64,000 nt of DNA from a virus. Taxonomy: Duplodnaviria; Caudoviricetes. Both the position numbers and the translations under genes were made by a program. This document shows positions 37,295 to 48,194 of the stretch, piece by piece. Within the stretch, counting starts at the first letter, position 1; each line of letters begins with the position of its first letter. The stretch is taken from IMG/VR virus record IMGVR_UViG_2568526092_000002, positions 9,536 to 73,535 of that record, one strand, 5' to 3'. The notes beneath the pieces were generated by a model. That model saw only the letters and a program-made list of their open reading frames with translations, was not told the origin of the DNA and did not search any database.

Positions 37295-40200
37295 CTACCT
37301 TGTTTTCTTCCAGTTCCAGATACTCCAAGAAGCTATCTTACCAAGAATGAGCCAGATGCGAGGTTTCTTTGGTTCTTCAGGAGTCTTCAGGATGCCGCCC
37401 TCCGGTCTCTCAATCGTCGTCTCAATTTCACGTTTAGGTCGTGTTGCGCCTTCCGCTTTCTCAATATCGACTTCAAAGACACGCTTAGGTCTGTCGGCTT
37501 CTTCTGACTTCTCAATACCGACCTCTACTGCCCTGGCTGGTCTAGCGGCCTCTTCCGGTTCAGCGATGTGCGTCTCGATAGGTTCACGGTTATTCACAGA
37601 TTCAGTGTCATCATGGATATCGGTCACAAGCTGTTTTCTCTTCCGTGTGGCAGAATCCAGTTCCTCAATGACCGATTCGTTTTGATACGAACTGTAGTCA
37701 GCGAGTTCTTCTTCCTGAATAACTGCGTTCATCTCCTTGCCGCTCGTAGCTTGCTCAGATTTATGGACGATGGCTTCAGCATTGGTTGTCGATGTTGCTG
37801 TCTCCATTTCCGAGATAGTTCCGACTTTCCTGCTATCATCAAGATAAGCTGACTCAACCTCATGAATAACGCCCTCTGTAGAACCGTCAGGGTAATCTGC
37901 GGATTCTAACCCGAGAACGCCAGCTTCCTCTGAAGTAAAGGATGTTGCCCCTTCAATCTCAGACAGCACTGCATCTGCAGACTTGTTCTGCGTTGCCCCT
38001 TCCAGTTTGGTCTCTTCCATCTCGTACTCTCTGTCACCGTAGGTTACTGATTCCAGTTCGTGTAAAACGGACTCTCTTGCCACATCGCTCTGCCAAGCAC
38101 CTTCAATTTTATGGAGGATAGATGGAGAGTTTCCGTCACTAATTCGAGCGCCTTCGATTTCATGGGTCACGCCTTCTTTGTCCGCCCGCTGTTCAGCTAA
38201 CTCAATGCCGAACCATACTCCGTCTCTGCCTGTTTCATTGACTGCGGTCTCCGGTTTGTGCTCATAGCCGACCTGCTTGGCATCTGACTGCTCTGCTGTC
38301 ACCGTCTCCTGCATGACACCTTCAGCACTGGTCATATGGTCAGCCGTTTCTGGTCTTTCCATCACCCCGTCATACTCCATGCCCGCCGAACCTGTCTCAA
38401 TCCCTGCGACCACGCCTTCAGCGGTTGGGTCGGATACTGCTGTCTCAGGGAAATGTACTACGCCGTCCTTGGTAATGTCGGACTCTGCGGCAGTCAACGT
38501 GTTCGGTCTCAGCCCTTCTCCGAATGTGGTCTGCTCTGCCGATTCAATCGTCTGCATAATGCCGATGTGCTTGTTCGCTTCAGAGATAGCCCGACCAATC
38601 TCAGACACGTCTGCTGTCCGGTGGAAGTCGAATAAAGATGCTCCTGACATTTCCTGCGGCATCGTTCCTTCCGGTTCGTTGATGTACCGTCCAGTAGAAG
38701 GATTTTCTACAGCAAGTTCTGCCCCTTTGTTATGCTCTGCCTGTACTTCATCCTGATTGGTGGCGACGACTGTCACACCTGCGCCCGCCTGTTTCATTCT
38801 TTCAATCACAGCTTGTGTGATGGCAGGGAAGTCGGCTTGAGTAAAGCCTTGAGTGATGCTGTCTTGGATGATGTGCTCCATGCCAGCTTCGATTAAATCG
38901 ACAGCTTTCGAGCCATACATAATCTCCATGAGCCGCACAGCCTTAAGGATTTCAGGAGACTCCGCAATCACGCCTTGTATCTGCTCGAACGTAACCAAGG
39001 ATTGGACTTCAGCTTGCATACGCTCCGTGACTTCTGCATCCGTCATCTCTTCTACCTCTGCGTCCGTCCGGTCGCTGACATTATCTGCGCTCATGAATCT
39101 ATCTACCAGTGGGTCACCGCCCACATAAATCTCAGCGTTGGTCACAAGTTGGATATCACTACTACTGCTTATGAGGTGTCCGGCATCTGTCGCCGTCTCC
39201 ACGTCAGCGGCGTACGCCTGATTGACCACTGCCTGTGAAGAGAACTCTAGTCTACCTTCGGCTTCAGAGTCGCTAGAAGCTTTTGTAATGCTCTCATTTC
39301 CCCATGCGTCCGAAGTGTACTCTGCCGACTCAAGACGATTCTCAGCACCGTTTGCAATGCTCGATGCGCCTGTAAAGAAGGAGATTTCACCGCCCTTATC
39401 GAAGTAGAACGATTGCTCTAATACATCTGTTCTTGCATCGTAGTCCATCTCTACCTTGCCACTCTCCAATGCAGGGATGACCCCGCCCTCCTGCAGAGTG
39501 TCAGCAGTGCTTATCCGGTCAATTTCCAGAAACGAACCCGACTGGCTGTCAGTTACTTCAATGGTCTCAAACTGCCCGTCCCGCCTTGTCTCATACGTAA
39601 AGAACTCCTGAAGTTCTGCTGTTGCCCTTTTGTCCACGGTCTGCGTGGTTTCGATTCTAGCATCCTTGACATGTTTGGTAGCTTGACTGGACGACTCAAT
39701 GATGTAAACGTCCTCACGGGTTGTCGATTCGGTATACAAGTCAAGGTGTGCAGGCTCATGAACCAACGTTTCGTAGGCAATGCTCTCATGTAAATTAGAA
39801 TCGTGTACGGTCTCGCCTTGAGTGAGCACCCCATCAATACCCCCTTCATAGACGGGTTGAATGAGGTCACCTGTCATCGTATCCTGCTGGCTGGCTTGCA
39901 TGACCGTATCTGTCTGCCCAAACTCCTGCACGTCAACATTCTGATAGGTGTACACTTGGGTAAAAGTCTCAAGGTGAGTATCCTTGTGCGTGTCTACCAT
40001 GATAAATTCACTCAGCATCGTCGGGTCATGGTAAAGCGTCTCTGTTACAGTGCGCTCGTTTACCTCTGCATCCCCGCCGCCGTAAGTATCTGTCAGCGTA
40101 GTTAGCGTCAGGTCTGCTTCATTCTGCTTCTCTGCATGAATATACGCTACGTCTTGTGCATCAAAAGCCATGTCGGATACTGCGTTCTCTGTCTGTGACA

Positions 40201-41164
40201 GAAATGCGTCCTCCGTGACTTCCAGCCGCCGTGCTTCTTCGATATTTTCAAGAGGTCCCTCTTGCCTTGTATCAGCCAATTCGTACGCTTTAAGGGAAGA
40301 ATCCTTGGTACTAATCTCAGCAAGTTCGTAACCGAACTCCTTACTTTCACTCACAATGATTGCATACTCAACCGGATAGGATTCTCTGTCTGCCCTGTAC
40401 ATACCAACCTCTGCTGACTTGAAACGGGCAGTTTCTCCTTGCATCGTGATGTTAGGGTCATGGGTAGCAGTGCTCAGTAAAGCAATCTCCCCGTCCAAGA
40501 TGTTTCTTACAATGTTCGACAAAACCGCCCGACCTTTTTCCGCATTAAGGCGAACCCCATTCTCAGCCGTGTCGAAGCCTGACATTTGAGCGTCCGCTGA
40601 TATTCCTGAGGTATTGGACTCCAAGGCATGAATAACACTCTGCTTGTTAGATAGTGAAATGGATACTCTGTTCCCTTCCTCAATGGAGACCTTCACGTCA
40701 TAAAGATCACCGGAGGATAATTCGTCAAGAAGTGCCAGATGGTCTGTTCGACTGCCTTCTCTCACCGCCGCACCTTCAGCATCAAGTACCTGCTCTAGCC
40801 TGCGTACGCTCTGTTGCTCTCCAGTTGTTACGTCCGTGACTGTTTCGCCGTTAAAATACTTATGTATGCCCGACAAATACGATACGATAGATGCGACTAC
40901 AGTCTCCACCTCAAAACCGTCATACTGAGTGACGTACTCAGCACTCCCTAGCCGCCCGAATAATCCAGTAGCCGAGTGAGGCACTTTATTTGCGCCCTTC
41001 ATGGTATCTTCAATCAGTGTTCGATAGGTACTGTTAACGGGAGCGGTCAGGTGATATTGATTGTTTGCATTGATAATCTGCTCAAACCCAATTGTCAGTT
41101 CATAGCCCTTTTTAGAAAAAAGGGCGGTGAAGCTGATCAGGTAAGATTTCTTACCGTTCATCAT
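37295..41164 (-). CDS. Very acidic 1289-aa repetitive protein with basic Trp-rich C-terminus
   Basis: Glu/Asp/Thr-rich degenerate repeats; ends KKPRIWLILGKIASWSIWNWKKTR. Confidence 0.8.
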   Translation of the reverse strand: MMNGKKSYLISFTALFSKKGYELTIGFEQIINANNQYHLTAPVNSTYRTLIEDTMKGANKVPHSATGLFGRLGSAEYVTQYDGFEVETVVASIVSYLSGIHKYFNGETVTDVTTGEQQSVRRLEQVLDAEGAAVREGSRTDHLALLDELSSGDLYDVKVSIEEGNRVSISLSNKQSVIHALESNTSGISADAQMSGFDTAENGVRLNAEKGRAVLSNIVRNILDGEIALLSTATHDPNITMQGETARFKSAEVGMYRADRESYPVEYAIIVSESKEFGYELAEISTKDSSLKAYELADTRQEGPLENIEEARRLEVTEDAFLSQTENAVSDMAFDAQDVAYIHAEKQNEADLTLTTLTDTYGGGDAEVNERTVTETLYHDPTMLSEFIMVDTHKDTHLETFTQVYTYQNVDVQEFGQTDTVMQASQQDTMTGDLIQPVYEGGIDGVLTQGETVHDSNLHESIAYETLVHEPAHLDLYTESTTREDVYIIESSSQATKHVKDARIETTQTVDKRATAELQEFFTYETRRDGQFETIEVTDSQSGSFLEIDRISTADTLQEGGVIPALESGKVEMDYDARTDVLEQSFYFDKGGEISFFTGASSIANGAENRLESAEYTSDAWGNESITKASSDSEAEGRLEFSSQAVVNQAYAADVETATDAGHLISSSSDIQLVTNAEIYVGGDPLVDRFMSADNVSDRTDAEVEEMTDAEVTERMQAEVQSLVTFEQIQGVIAESPEILKAVRLMEIMYGSKAVDLIEAGMEHIIQDSITQGFTQADFPAITQAVIERMKQAGAGVTVVATNQDEVQAEHNKGAELAVENPSTGRYINEPEGTMPQEMSGASLFDFHRTADVSEIGRAISEANKHIGIMQTIESAEQTTFGEGLRPNTLTAAESDITKDGVVHFPETAVSDPTAEGVVAGIETGSAGMEYDGVMERPETADHMTSAEGVMQETVTAEQSDAKQVGYEHKPETAVNETGRDGVWFGIELAEQRADKEGVTHEIEGARISDGNSPSILHKIEGAWQSDVARESVLHELESVTYGDREYEMEETKLEGATQNKSADAVLSEIEGATSFTSEEAGVLGLESADYPDGSTEGVIHEVESAYLDDSRKVGTISEMETATSTTNAEAIVHKSEQATSGKEMNAVIQEEELADYSSYQNESVIEELDSATRKRKQLVTDIHDDTESVNNREPIETHIAEPEEAARPARAVEVGIEKSEEADRPKRVFEVDIEKAEGATRPKREIETTIERPEGGILKTPEEPKKPRIWLILGKIASWSIWNWKKTR

Positions 41165-41190
41165 TCACCGCCAACCTCCCTTGCTATTTA

Positions 41191-43011
41191 TTACGAGTTC
41201 TTCTTCAACGTTTCTTTCAGGATGCCGAGACCAATTGGGGCAAACGGCGACATGTTAGCCAATGTGAACGGACTGACAGGTGTGTCTGCCAACGTGTAGC
41301 GGTAAAGTTGCTTGTACTCGTAAGTAGCAAGGACTTCCGATTCAGCCACAGGTGCTTTTCCGTCAAGGAAGTTGATTGTCTTCGTCTCGATATCAACTGT
41401 GTAGTCTGTGCCGAGCACTTGGTCTACGCAATCCACCTGAACTTCCAACTTAAACGGAGTTCCGTCATCCTTCAGAGAAGGCGAGTGCGCCATATGGAAG
41501 ACTTTGTTTACGCCTGTGCCCTTGCCCACTTCTTCATGGTCGGATGTCTCCACTACTTCAAGTTCATCGAGTTGGGAAATGTTCTTAGGGTGTACGGCGT
41601 AACATTCATCCAGCTTACCTACAAAACCATCATTCGGGTGAACAATGTACATCGGGGAGATGTGATACTTACCACTATAAACCGATGGATTAAATCGGGA
41701 CTCACCCGCATCAACGTTCTTATCGTGCGTTATGAACGCGAGGTAATGCTGTTGGTAGTATGTACCACCGATGGACTGTTGAAGCTGTACCCCGCGGTTT
41801 CCGTTGGATGTGTTGTTACCGTAGTCGACGTAAATCGCACCCAACTTCATGTCTTTCTTCCATACAACTTCGTCTGCTTCCCGACAACCAGAGATAATGA
41901 CATTGTTTTTGCGAGGGGACTTACCAAGAGTCGTTAGCCGCCCGATGTACAATGGAGCGAAGTAAGTATTCTCAGCGCCCGGAGTAGGATCTGGACGGAA
42001 AAACATTACGATTCGGTCTTTGGTCACATTCCCCCAATAGTACATCGTACTATCACGTTGCCATCCTCTATCAAAGTTCTGCAACGGAGTGAAGGACAGA
42101 GCCGTTGGCAGGGATGGATAGATGTAATAAATGGATGAGTAAACAGCATTCATTAGATCATTCGGTTTATCGGGGTCAAAGTTCTTGACTGTGATGTCAC
42201 CGTAATTCAGCGTTTGGTTTCCAGTGGCATTCAGAATTCTGATGTAGGATGCGTGTAATTCTGCGCCTGCGTCTGGTGCTTTGCCAACGAACGTTACACT
42301 ATTTTTAGTGTAGTCAACTGTGTATAACGTTGAATCCTGTTCAACCTGATTCACATAAACCCTTACAGTGTCCGCTTTAATCGTCGCCACCGTTGGGATT
42401 TGGAACAACTTACGAGTTCCATCACCATCCGGTAAAATGGATTCAGGGTCACCAACGACTACAGAACCGCTAACACCTTGTACGATTCGTTCGCCCCGCA
42501 CATCATCGAATGTGAAGAAGTACATGCGCTTCACTGGCTGAGGTGCAATTGGAGATGGGGAGTAGTTTGCTGTAATTGCGTCAGTCGGCAATGGTGCAGA
42601 CGTGAATGTGATGATACCGTTCGTTTCATCAAGAACGTAGTCTGTAGAAGCAACAGCGTTACCGTTCTTATAGACGATGACAGAATCTCTGAGTACAGGG
42701 AACACTTGGAAGTGGAACTTCGTGTTTAATGTCTCGTTTTCAATCAACGCACCAAGTACGGAGTTCTGAGAAATAAACTCTTGCTCGCCCAAGGTTGGAT
42801 TGCTTTTCTTGCCGTATCCGTAAACCATGCCGAAGTTCCGCATTTGGTTGTCCGAGCCGAGAGACCGGAACAAGCGGACATCTGCGAACTTCTGACCGTC
42901 TTGAGATACGGAGCGGTACTTTATGAATGTATCCCATCCCTTGGAGTTAAACAGTGCTTCAAGGTCTTTAGGGAATAGCTGAATCGTGGAATCTCCATCA
43001 AACCAACTCAC
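41191..43011 (-). CDS. Virion structural protein, paralog A of the PSxYSGKxH family
   Basis: NPSVYSGKYHISPMYIVHP motif; three inserted V..DG......DY.VD...G.ITF..AP beta domains. Confidence 0.7.
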   Translation of the reverse strand: MSWFDGDSTIQLFPKDLEALFNSKGWDTFIKYRSVSQDGQKFADVRLFRSLGSDNQMRNFGMVYGYGKKSNPTLGEQEFISQNSVLGALIENETLNTKFHFQVFPVLRDSVIVYKNGNAVASTDYVLDETNGIITFTSAPLPTDAITANYSPSPIAPQPVKRMYFFTFDDVRGERIVQGVSGSVVVGDPESILPDGDGTRKLFQIPTVATIKADTVRVYVNQVEQDSTLYTVDYTKNSVTFVGKAPDAGAELHASYIRILNATGNQTLNYGDITVKNFDPDKPNDLMNAVYSSIYYIYPSLPTALSFTPLQNFDRGWQRDSTMYYWGNVTKDRIVMFFRPDPTPGAENTYFAPLYIGRLTTLGKSPRKNNVIISGCREADEVVWKKDMKLGAIYVDYGNNTSNGNRGVQLQQSIGGTYYQQHYLAFITHDKNVDAGESRFNPSVYSGKYHISPMYIVHPNDGFVGKLDECYAVHPKNISQLDELEVVETSDHEEVGKGTGVNKVFHMAHSPSLKDDGTPFKLEVQVDCVDQVLGTDYTVDIETKTINFLDGKAPVAESEVLATYEYKQLYRYTLADTPVSPFTLANMSPFAPIGLGILKETLKKNS

Positions 43012-43099
43012 GATAAATCACCTCTCGTTTGGAATTACCCTGCCGGTTATCCTGACTAAATATACTTATTTAATAGGAATTTATGCCAGGGCTATATTG

Positions 43100-44578
43100 T
43101 TATGGGGTTGTAGGCTGTGTCGGTGTAGGTGTCGGAGTGACCTCCACGCCTTCATCATCTACAGTATTTAAGTACAATCCAATACCCGCTGGACGGTACT
43201 GAGTTCCCGGCTTACTTGTCAGTGGGGATACACCCTCAACCAAGAAGTAACGGAATACATCGAATTCATCTGGGCAGTGATCCTTCTTCACACGCAGTTT
43301 GTTTGCGTTAAAGGACAGCGCCGATAATGCGATGGTGTCTTTCAGTGCTCCCCGCACCCCTTCTTCTGGATGAACCACGTACAGCTTGGAAGTGTGAACC
43401 TTACCGCTGTATCGGGAAGGGTTAAAGGAATACTTGTAAAGAGGATTCTCAGCGTTGTTCCAAGCCCGCGGATAGTCTCGCTTGCCATCCTGCGAAGTAC
43501 GCATTGGAGGGATGGCATTGGCTGGTGCGTTCCAAGACAGGTAGTACGCCTGATATCGAGCACCGAGTTTACCACGGCTGACCATAACGTTGTCCAATCC
43601 GTTCGCAGGATTCTTAGGGTAGGTTTTCATCAGCGGCATGATGTTCGGTTGTCTCTTCGTCGTATCATCGAAGTCGTACTCAGCGATAGCAGTCAACCCC
43701 GCTGAACCTGTCTGTGTCACGATAGGTACACTACCTGCGAACATTGCGTAGGCATCATCACCTTCTTCAATGGCATCCAGCTTACCGAAGTAGAGAGGAA
43801 TGATTGGAACAAGGTTTCCTTCCGGTGCAGGTACGTTGTCACATTGGATGATGAAAAACAGGCTATCTCCGTTCAAGTGACCTTTAATAGAGATTTCTGA
43901 GTCAGCCCACCAGTTCGTATTTTGAATCGCATAGTTGATATCGTCGTCGTGGTATTTTTCCAAAAGGTTGGTGCGAAGACCAGCTTGCATGATTGGAGAC
44001 TGCATCCGATTCCCTTCAGCTTTAGATACAGTGAAGGTAGCCGTCGAGCCTGTGCCTACCCAACCTGCCGCTTCTACTTCGATATCCAGAGCCGCCCGTT
44101 TAAGGTCGCCCGAGTTAATCCAAGGCAGTGTTACGTCAGAGTAGTTAGGCATAAGTCCCGCCAAATTCTCGACCATATAGAAGTACAGAGTCTGAGGGGA
44201 ACGATACTTACGGAACTCGTTTGTAGCCCATTCTGAGAACACCGCAAGTGTTGCAGGAGCCGGAGCTTTAGAATCAGGTGACTTGTTTAGCTTCCGAAGT
44301 TGACCAAGGTTCTGATTCCATGTACCAAGAACAGCAACGCCAAACATCTTGCCCGCAGTGTTCTTGTAAATGAAGTGCTCCGCCACGTAGATTGGAATGT
44401 CGGCCGAATCAAGACCGGTGTACGTGCTTCGCATAATACCTGCATCAAAAACCACTTTCTTAAAATTAGCGACCGTATCCCATCCTTGAGTAGCAAGTAG
44501 GTCTCCTAACCGAGGTTGAATATCCTGTTCCGTTACTTTCGGGGTAAACGATGCAGGAGTTGTGTCGATAAATGGCAT
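43100..44578 (-). CDS. Virion structural protein, paralog B
   Basis: NPSRYSGKVHTSKLYVVHPEEG; GARYQAYYLSW. Confidence 0.7.
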   Translation of the reverse strand: MPFIDTTPASFTPKVTEQDIQPRLGDLLATQGWDTVANFKKVVFDAGIMRSTYTGLDSADIPIYVAEHFIYKNTAGKMFGVAVLGTWNQNLGQLRKLNKSPDSKAPAPATLAVFSEWATNEFRKYRSPQTLYFYMVENLAGLMPNYSDVTLPWINSGDLKRAALDIEVEAAGWVGTGSTATFTVSKAEGNRMQSPIMQAGLRTNLLEKYHDDDINYAIQNTNWWADSEISIKGHLNGDSLFFIIQCDNVPAPEGNLVPIIPLYFGKLDAIEEGDDAYAMFAGSVPIVTQTGSAGLTAIAEYDFDDTTKRQPNIMPLMKTYPKNPANGLDNVMVSRGKLGARYQAYYLSWNAPANAIPPMRTSQDGKRDYPRAWNNAENPLYKYSFNPSRYSGKVHTSKLYVVHPEEGVRGALKDTIALSALSFNANKLRVKKDHCPDEFDVFRYFLVEGVSPLTSKPGTQYRPAGIGLYLNTVDDEGVEVTPTPTPTQPTTP

Positions 44579-44626
44579 TTAAATAGCACCCCTTTACTTA
44601 TTAGCTTTATATAGCAAGTCCTGCTG

Positions 44627-47287
44627 TTACACAGGACAGTTTACCAGGTATTCCCACGACGAACTTGACCCCGAACTGGAGGACATGACCACCTTTATTT
44701 GTGTTACGCCGCCAACAGGACTGTATTGAAATTGGAGTGAACCTCCGTTAGATACTTCCATGTTGGTGCTGGCAAGCAACTGGTTCTGATAGTAAACATC
44801 CATACGGTCAGCTACCCCATACATGTTGTAGGTGATAACGACTCGTCCAGATGAATTGCCCATCTCATGCAGTTTCTCCGTATAAGCACCGCCGCCAGAA
44901 TCGTTCAGCTTACCGCACTGCAATGTATTAGCCGGTGGGGGTGGTGGAGGTGGTGGGGGCACGTACTTGGCAGTTACCGTTATGGTTGCCGTAGCCGTTG
45001 CCTGCTGACCTATTTCATTCCACACCGTAAGCTTGACCGAATACGTGCCGACATTGCTGAACGTAAACGTTGCATTATCGACTGTATACAAGCCCTTTTT
45101 CACGTCACTCGTCACTTCCCACCTGTAATTCGTAATAGGGGAGTGCTTACTGTACAGCGATGTGAACTTGATTGACGTGTCCTCTTCTATGCTTGAATAA
45201 CCAGGGTCGATTGACAGAATCAGAGCTGGAGATTCAGGCGGTGCAGGAGGAATCTCAGGAAGAGTGTACCCCGCCTTTAGAATGCCGAGAGCGGCAGGTC
45301 TGTATGGCGTTGCAGGCCTCTTTGTCAGTGGCGAAATTCCTTCGACCAAGTAGTAAGAGTAAACCTCATACCTATTCTCGTCGTCACAGTAATCTCTCAC
45401 AGCCTTTAACTCGTCACCATTCATTATAGTTAAGGGAGAGGTTAAAATAACGTTTCGCAGTGTTCCGAACGTACCATCTTCAGGATGAACCAGAAGTGCA
45501 CGGGATGAATGGGCTTTCCCGCTGTACCTTGACGGACTGAACTGGTACTTGTATTGCTCGTTCATGTAATCTTTCCAAGCCCTTGGGTGCTTACGGTTGT
45601 CAGCATTTTCCCTTAGCGGTGGCATAGAATTAGAAGGAACATTCCAAGACAGGTAATGCGCCTGATACCTTGCACCGAACTTATTTCGCTTGACCATAAT
45701 GGAGTCAATACCGTTACTTGGGAAGTGCGGATACTCCTTCATAACAGGAAGCAAAACCTCTTGCTTGATGCTTGCATCGTCATAATTAAATTTACCAGAC
45801 TGCTTGAGAGCGTCTTCTACAGTAGCCCCGTCCTTGTTGTATGCCGTCCCTGAGAATAAGGCAGAAGGTGTGCCTTCAGCGTTTCGATTGGTCTCGATAT
45901 GAATCTCAAGAAACATCCGACCGGATACCGGAGTGTAGCCACTCACTCCATCTCCACTCACTGCTTCAATGGTCACAGAGGACATGCCCTCGATTCCCGT
46001 GATATCGAATTGCCCCATCAACTGAGCATCGTTCCTGTTACTTGTCGGCTCTACCGCCCCGATGGTATTGAACTTCCCTATCTCCTGTCCTGCGATGGTC
46101 AGCGTGACAGCTTCGTCAGGCATGTCGCCGTCCGTGTCACCCATTAGCCATACTTTTACATATGACCCCGCATTAACCATTGGCTTGCCTGAGATAATTG
46201 TGGAAGTCTTCGTCTGCTTCCGGTAGAAGTCGAACGTGATATCCCGATTAATAACCTCTTCTGTCAAGCCGTTAACATCGAAGTCTCCCATGTAGAGAGG
46301 AATCGCAGGTACGGCGTTGTCATCCCAAACGGGAGCAGTGTCCGCAACTATAATCAGCATGAGCGACTTACCGTCCACGAACCCTTTGACGAACACCTTA
46401 CTGTCGTCCCACCAGTTCGTAAATTTTACGTCAACGAAGGCAATCTTCTCTGTGTGCTCAAGCTGAGGGATTCTTGTATGGGACGTGACTATTGGCGACT
46501 GGTACATCTGAGGGAAGGAATCAGTAATTCGTGACTGAAGAGCGTTTGTATTATCGTCCAGCCCCCACATGCTTGTCTGCACTTCAACATCCAAAGCCAC
46601 CCGTTTCAATTCATTGACGTTCTCCCACCCAACCAACATCTTCCCGTTTCCAATCCACTTCTCAAGCTGGTAGAAGTAAAGCGTATGCCGCTCAAAGAGG
46701 GCATCTTCGTTAGCCTTCTGAATCGCCCAAGAGAATACGCCGCTGTCCTGCGGTGTTAACTGAGTACCGTAATCGGCATTTTTGTCATAGATTGCGAATG
46801 GTACTTTACAGTCCGTCCGTCCAATCTGCTCATTAATGTGAGCCAGCATTGCCATGCCAAACAGGTTTCCCGATATATTTTTGACGACGATGTGCTTGGT
46901 CACATAGAAGTCGAAGGTGTCTGCTGACCCGACCGTGCTGTAGTAAATTGCTACCTGACCGGATACCCCTGCTTCAAAGGTAATCGTGATGGTTTCGTCA
47001 GTGTTCTTGACCGCTATGTAATAGGATGTTGGAGCAATCTCTCCATCAAGGAAGATGTAGTAATCATCGTTCAGTACCTTAGGCAAGTCTATTTCAGGGT
47101 TAGCCATCGGAAGGTAGAAACGCTTGATTGTTGGCTTGGTCAGCTTGTTGGAGTAGGTTACCTTAGTAAACTCAGCTACCTTTGACCAGCCGTTGGTTGT
47201 CATGATACCAGCAAGCCCTTCTAGCAAAAACTCTTCATTTATGGTCGTGTCGAGCCAAGGCGTTGGCTGGTATGACGTATCTGCCAT
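44627..47287 (-). CDS. Virion structural protein, paralog C, with PKD-like and extra C-terminal beta domains
   Basis: SPSRYSGKAHSSRALLVHPEDG; GARYQAHYLSW; PKD-like Y.W...FTFSNVGTYSVKLTV; poly-Pro linker. Confidence 0.7.
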   Translation of the reverse strand: MADTSYQPTPWLDTTINEEFLLEGLAGIMTTNGWSKVAEFTKVTYSNKLTKPTIKRFYLPMANPEIDLPKVLNDDYYIFLDGEIAPTSYYIAVKNTDETITITFEAGVSGQVAIYYSTVGSADTFDFYVTKHIVVKNISGNLFGMAMLAHINEQIGRTDCKVPFAIYDKNADYGTQLTPQDSGVFSWAIQKANEDALFERHTLYFYQLEKWIGNGKMLVGWENVNELKRVALDVEVQTSMWGLDDNTNALQSRITDSFPQMYQSPIVTSHTRIPQLEHTEKIAFVDVKFTNWWDDSKVFVKGFVDGKSLMLIIVADTAPVWDDNAVPAIPLYMGDFDVNGLTEEVINRDITFDFYRKQTKTSTIISGKPMVNAGSYVKVWLMGDTDGDMPDEAVTLTIAGQEIGKFNTIGAVEPTSNRNDAQLMGQFDITGIEGMSSVTIEAVSGDGVSGYTPVSGRMFLEIHIETNRNAEGTPSALFSGTAYNKDGATVEDALKQSGKFNYDDASIKQEVLLPVMKEYPHFPSNGIDSIMVKRNKFGARYQAHYLSWNVPSNSMPPLRENADNRKHPRAWKDYMNEQYKYQFSPSRYSGKAHSSRALLVHPEDGTFGTLRNVILTSPLTIMNGDELKAVRDYCDDENRYEVYSYYLVEGISPLTKRPATPYRPAALGILKAGYTLPEIPPAPPESPALILSIDPGYSSIEEDTSIKFTSLYSKHSPITNYRWEVTSDVKKGLYTVDNATFTFSNVGTYSVKLTVWNEIGQQATATATITVTAKYVPPPPPPPPPANTLQCGKLNDSGGGAYTEKLHEMGNSSGRVVITYNMYGVADRMDVYYQNQLLASTNMEVSNGGSLQFQYSPVGGVTQIKVVMSSSSGSSSSWEYLVNCPV

Positions 47288-47302
47288 TTAATCACCTCCT
47301 TT

Positions 47303-47689
47303 CTATTTGAGCGTTTGGTAGTTTGCCCATACTACCTTAGGCTTGCCGCCCTCATTAAAGAACTCAAAGTGAAGTTGTGTTCCCTGCTTACATGGGATAA
47401 TCGCCGTCAGGTACATCCCCTCCGGTAAATCCTTCGTGTAAATGTTCTTACATACCAGCCGTTCCCCTACGTACAAGTTCCAATAGTCTCTTGCTTCATA
47501 GTTGGATACGCCGACTGCAACGGAAAGCAACTCACAATCCTCTTGAATGGTCAACTTGTGTTCGACCTTGCCCGCCATTGGGGACTCTATCATAATCCCT
47601 TCAATGTACGGGTTCGTTTTGGTAGGCATAAAAGGAGGGTCGAGTCTACCGCCTACCAGATAACTCGCAAAATTTGCTCCGCTAGACAT
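47303..47689 (-). CDS. Small tail-module protein (paralog of the N-terminal domain of 2967..4085)
   Basis: GGRLDPPFMPTK...DYWNLYV...KNIYTK...EGMYL. Confidence 0.75.
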   Translation of the reverse strand: MSSGANFASYLVGGRLDPPFMPTKTNPYIEGIMIESPMAGKVEHKLTIQEDCELLSVAVGVSNYEARDYWNLYVGERLVCKNIYTKDLPEGMYLTAIIPCKQGTQLHFEFFNEGGKPKVVWANYQTLK

Positions 47690-47692
47690 TCA

Positions 47693-48157
47693 CTACACCG
47701 CCTTAATATATTCGAGTTCCAGATTCTTAAATAATCCGTTCTCTCTAATAATAGTCCCTCTAACTGTGCTGAAAGATGCGATATCTGTTTCCTCTTCTAA
47801 TTCCTCATTGACCAAGGCAGGATATGTAATCTCTATCAGGAAGCCTTCCACAATTAAATTGGCATCCCTCTCAAGGGTCAGAATTTCGATTACACCGTTA
47901 TCGTATGTGTATACCACAGAAGTTACGAGAGCAGAATAACCTGCCAATTCTCTGCGGGCTTCCACGTTAATTACATTCGGTTCTACAAGTGCATCCATGA
48001 CAGTTAATTCATCGCCGCCAGTGTAAAGACCGGATTTCTTCATCTCCCTACGAATTAAATCGAGTATGGGATAGATTTCATTCGAGTTTACAAAGTTCCT
48101 AGTGTCCAAAGTATACACCTCACCTTCAATAGCATTATAAGAAAAAGCAGGGAACAA
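47693..48157 (-). CDS. Hypothetical acidic tail-module protein
   Basis: 154-aa ORF filling the gap in the operon; start codon uncertain. Confidence 0.6.
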   Translation of the reverse strand: MFPAFSYNAIEGEVYTLDTRNFVNSNEIYPILDLIRREMKKSGLYTGGDELTVMDALVEPNVINVEARRELAGYSALVTSVVYTYDNGVIEILTLERDANLIVEGFLIEITYPALVNEELEEETDIASFSTVRGTIIRENGLFKNLELEYIKAV

Positions 48158-48194
48158 TTAGCGCCGTAAGCGTAAGTGCTCCCTGCCTATGTGG

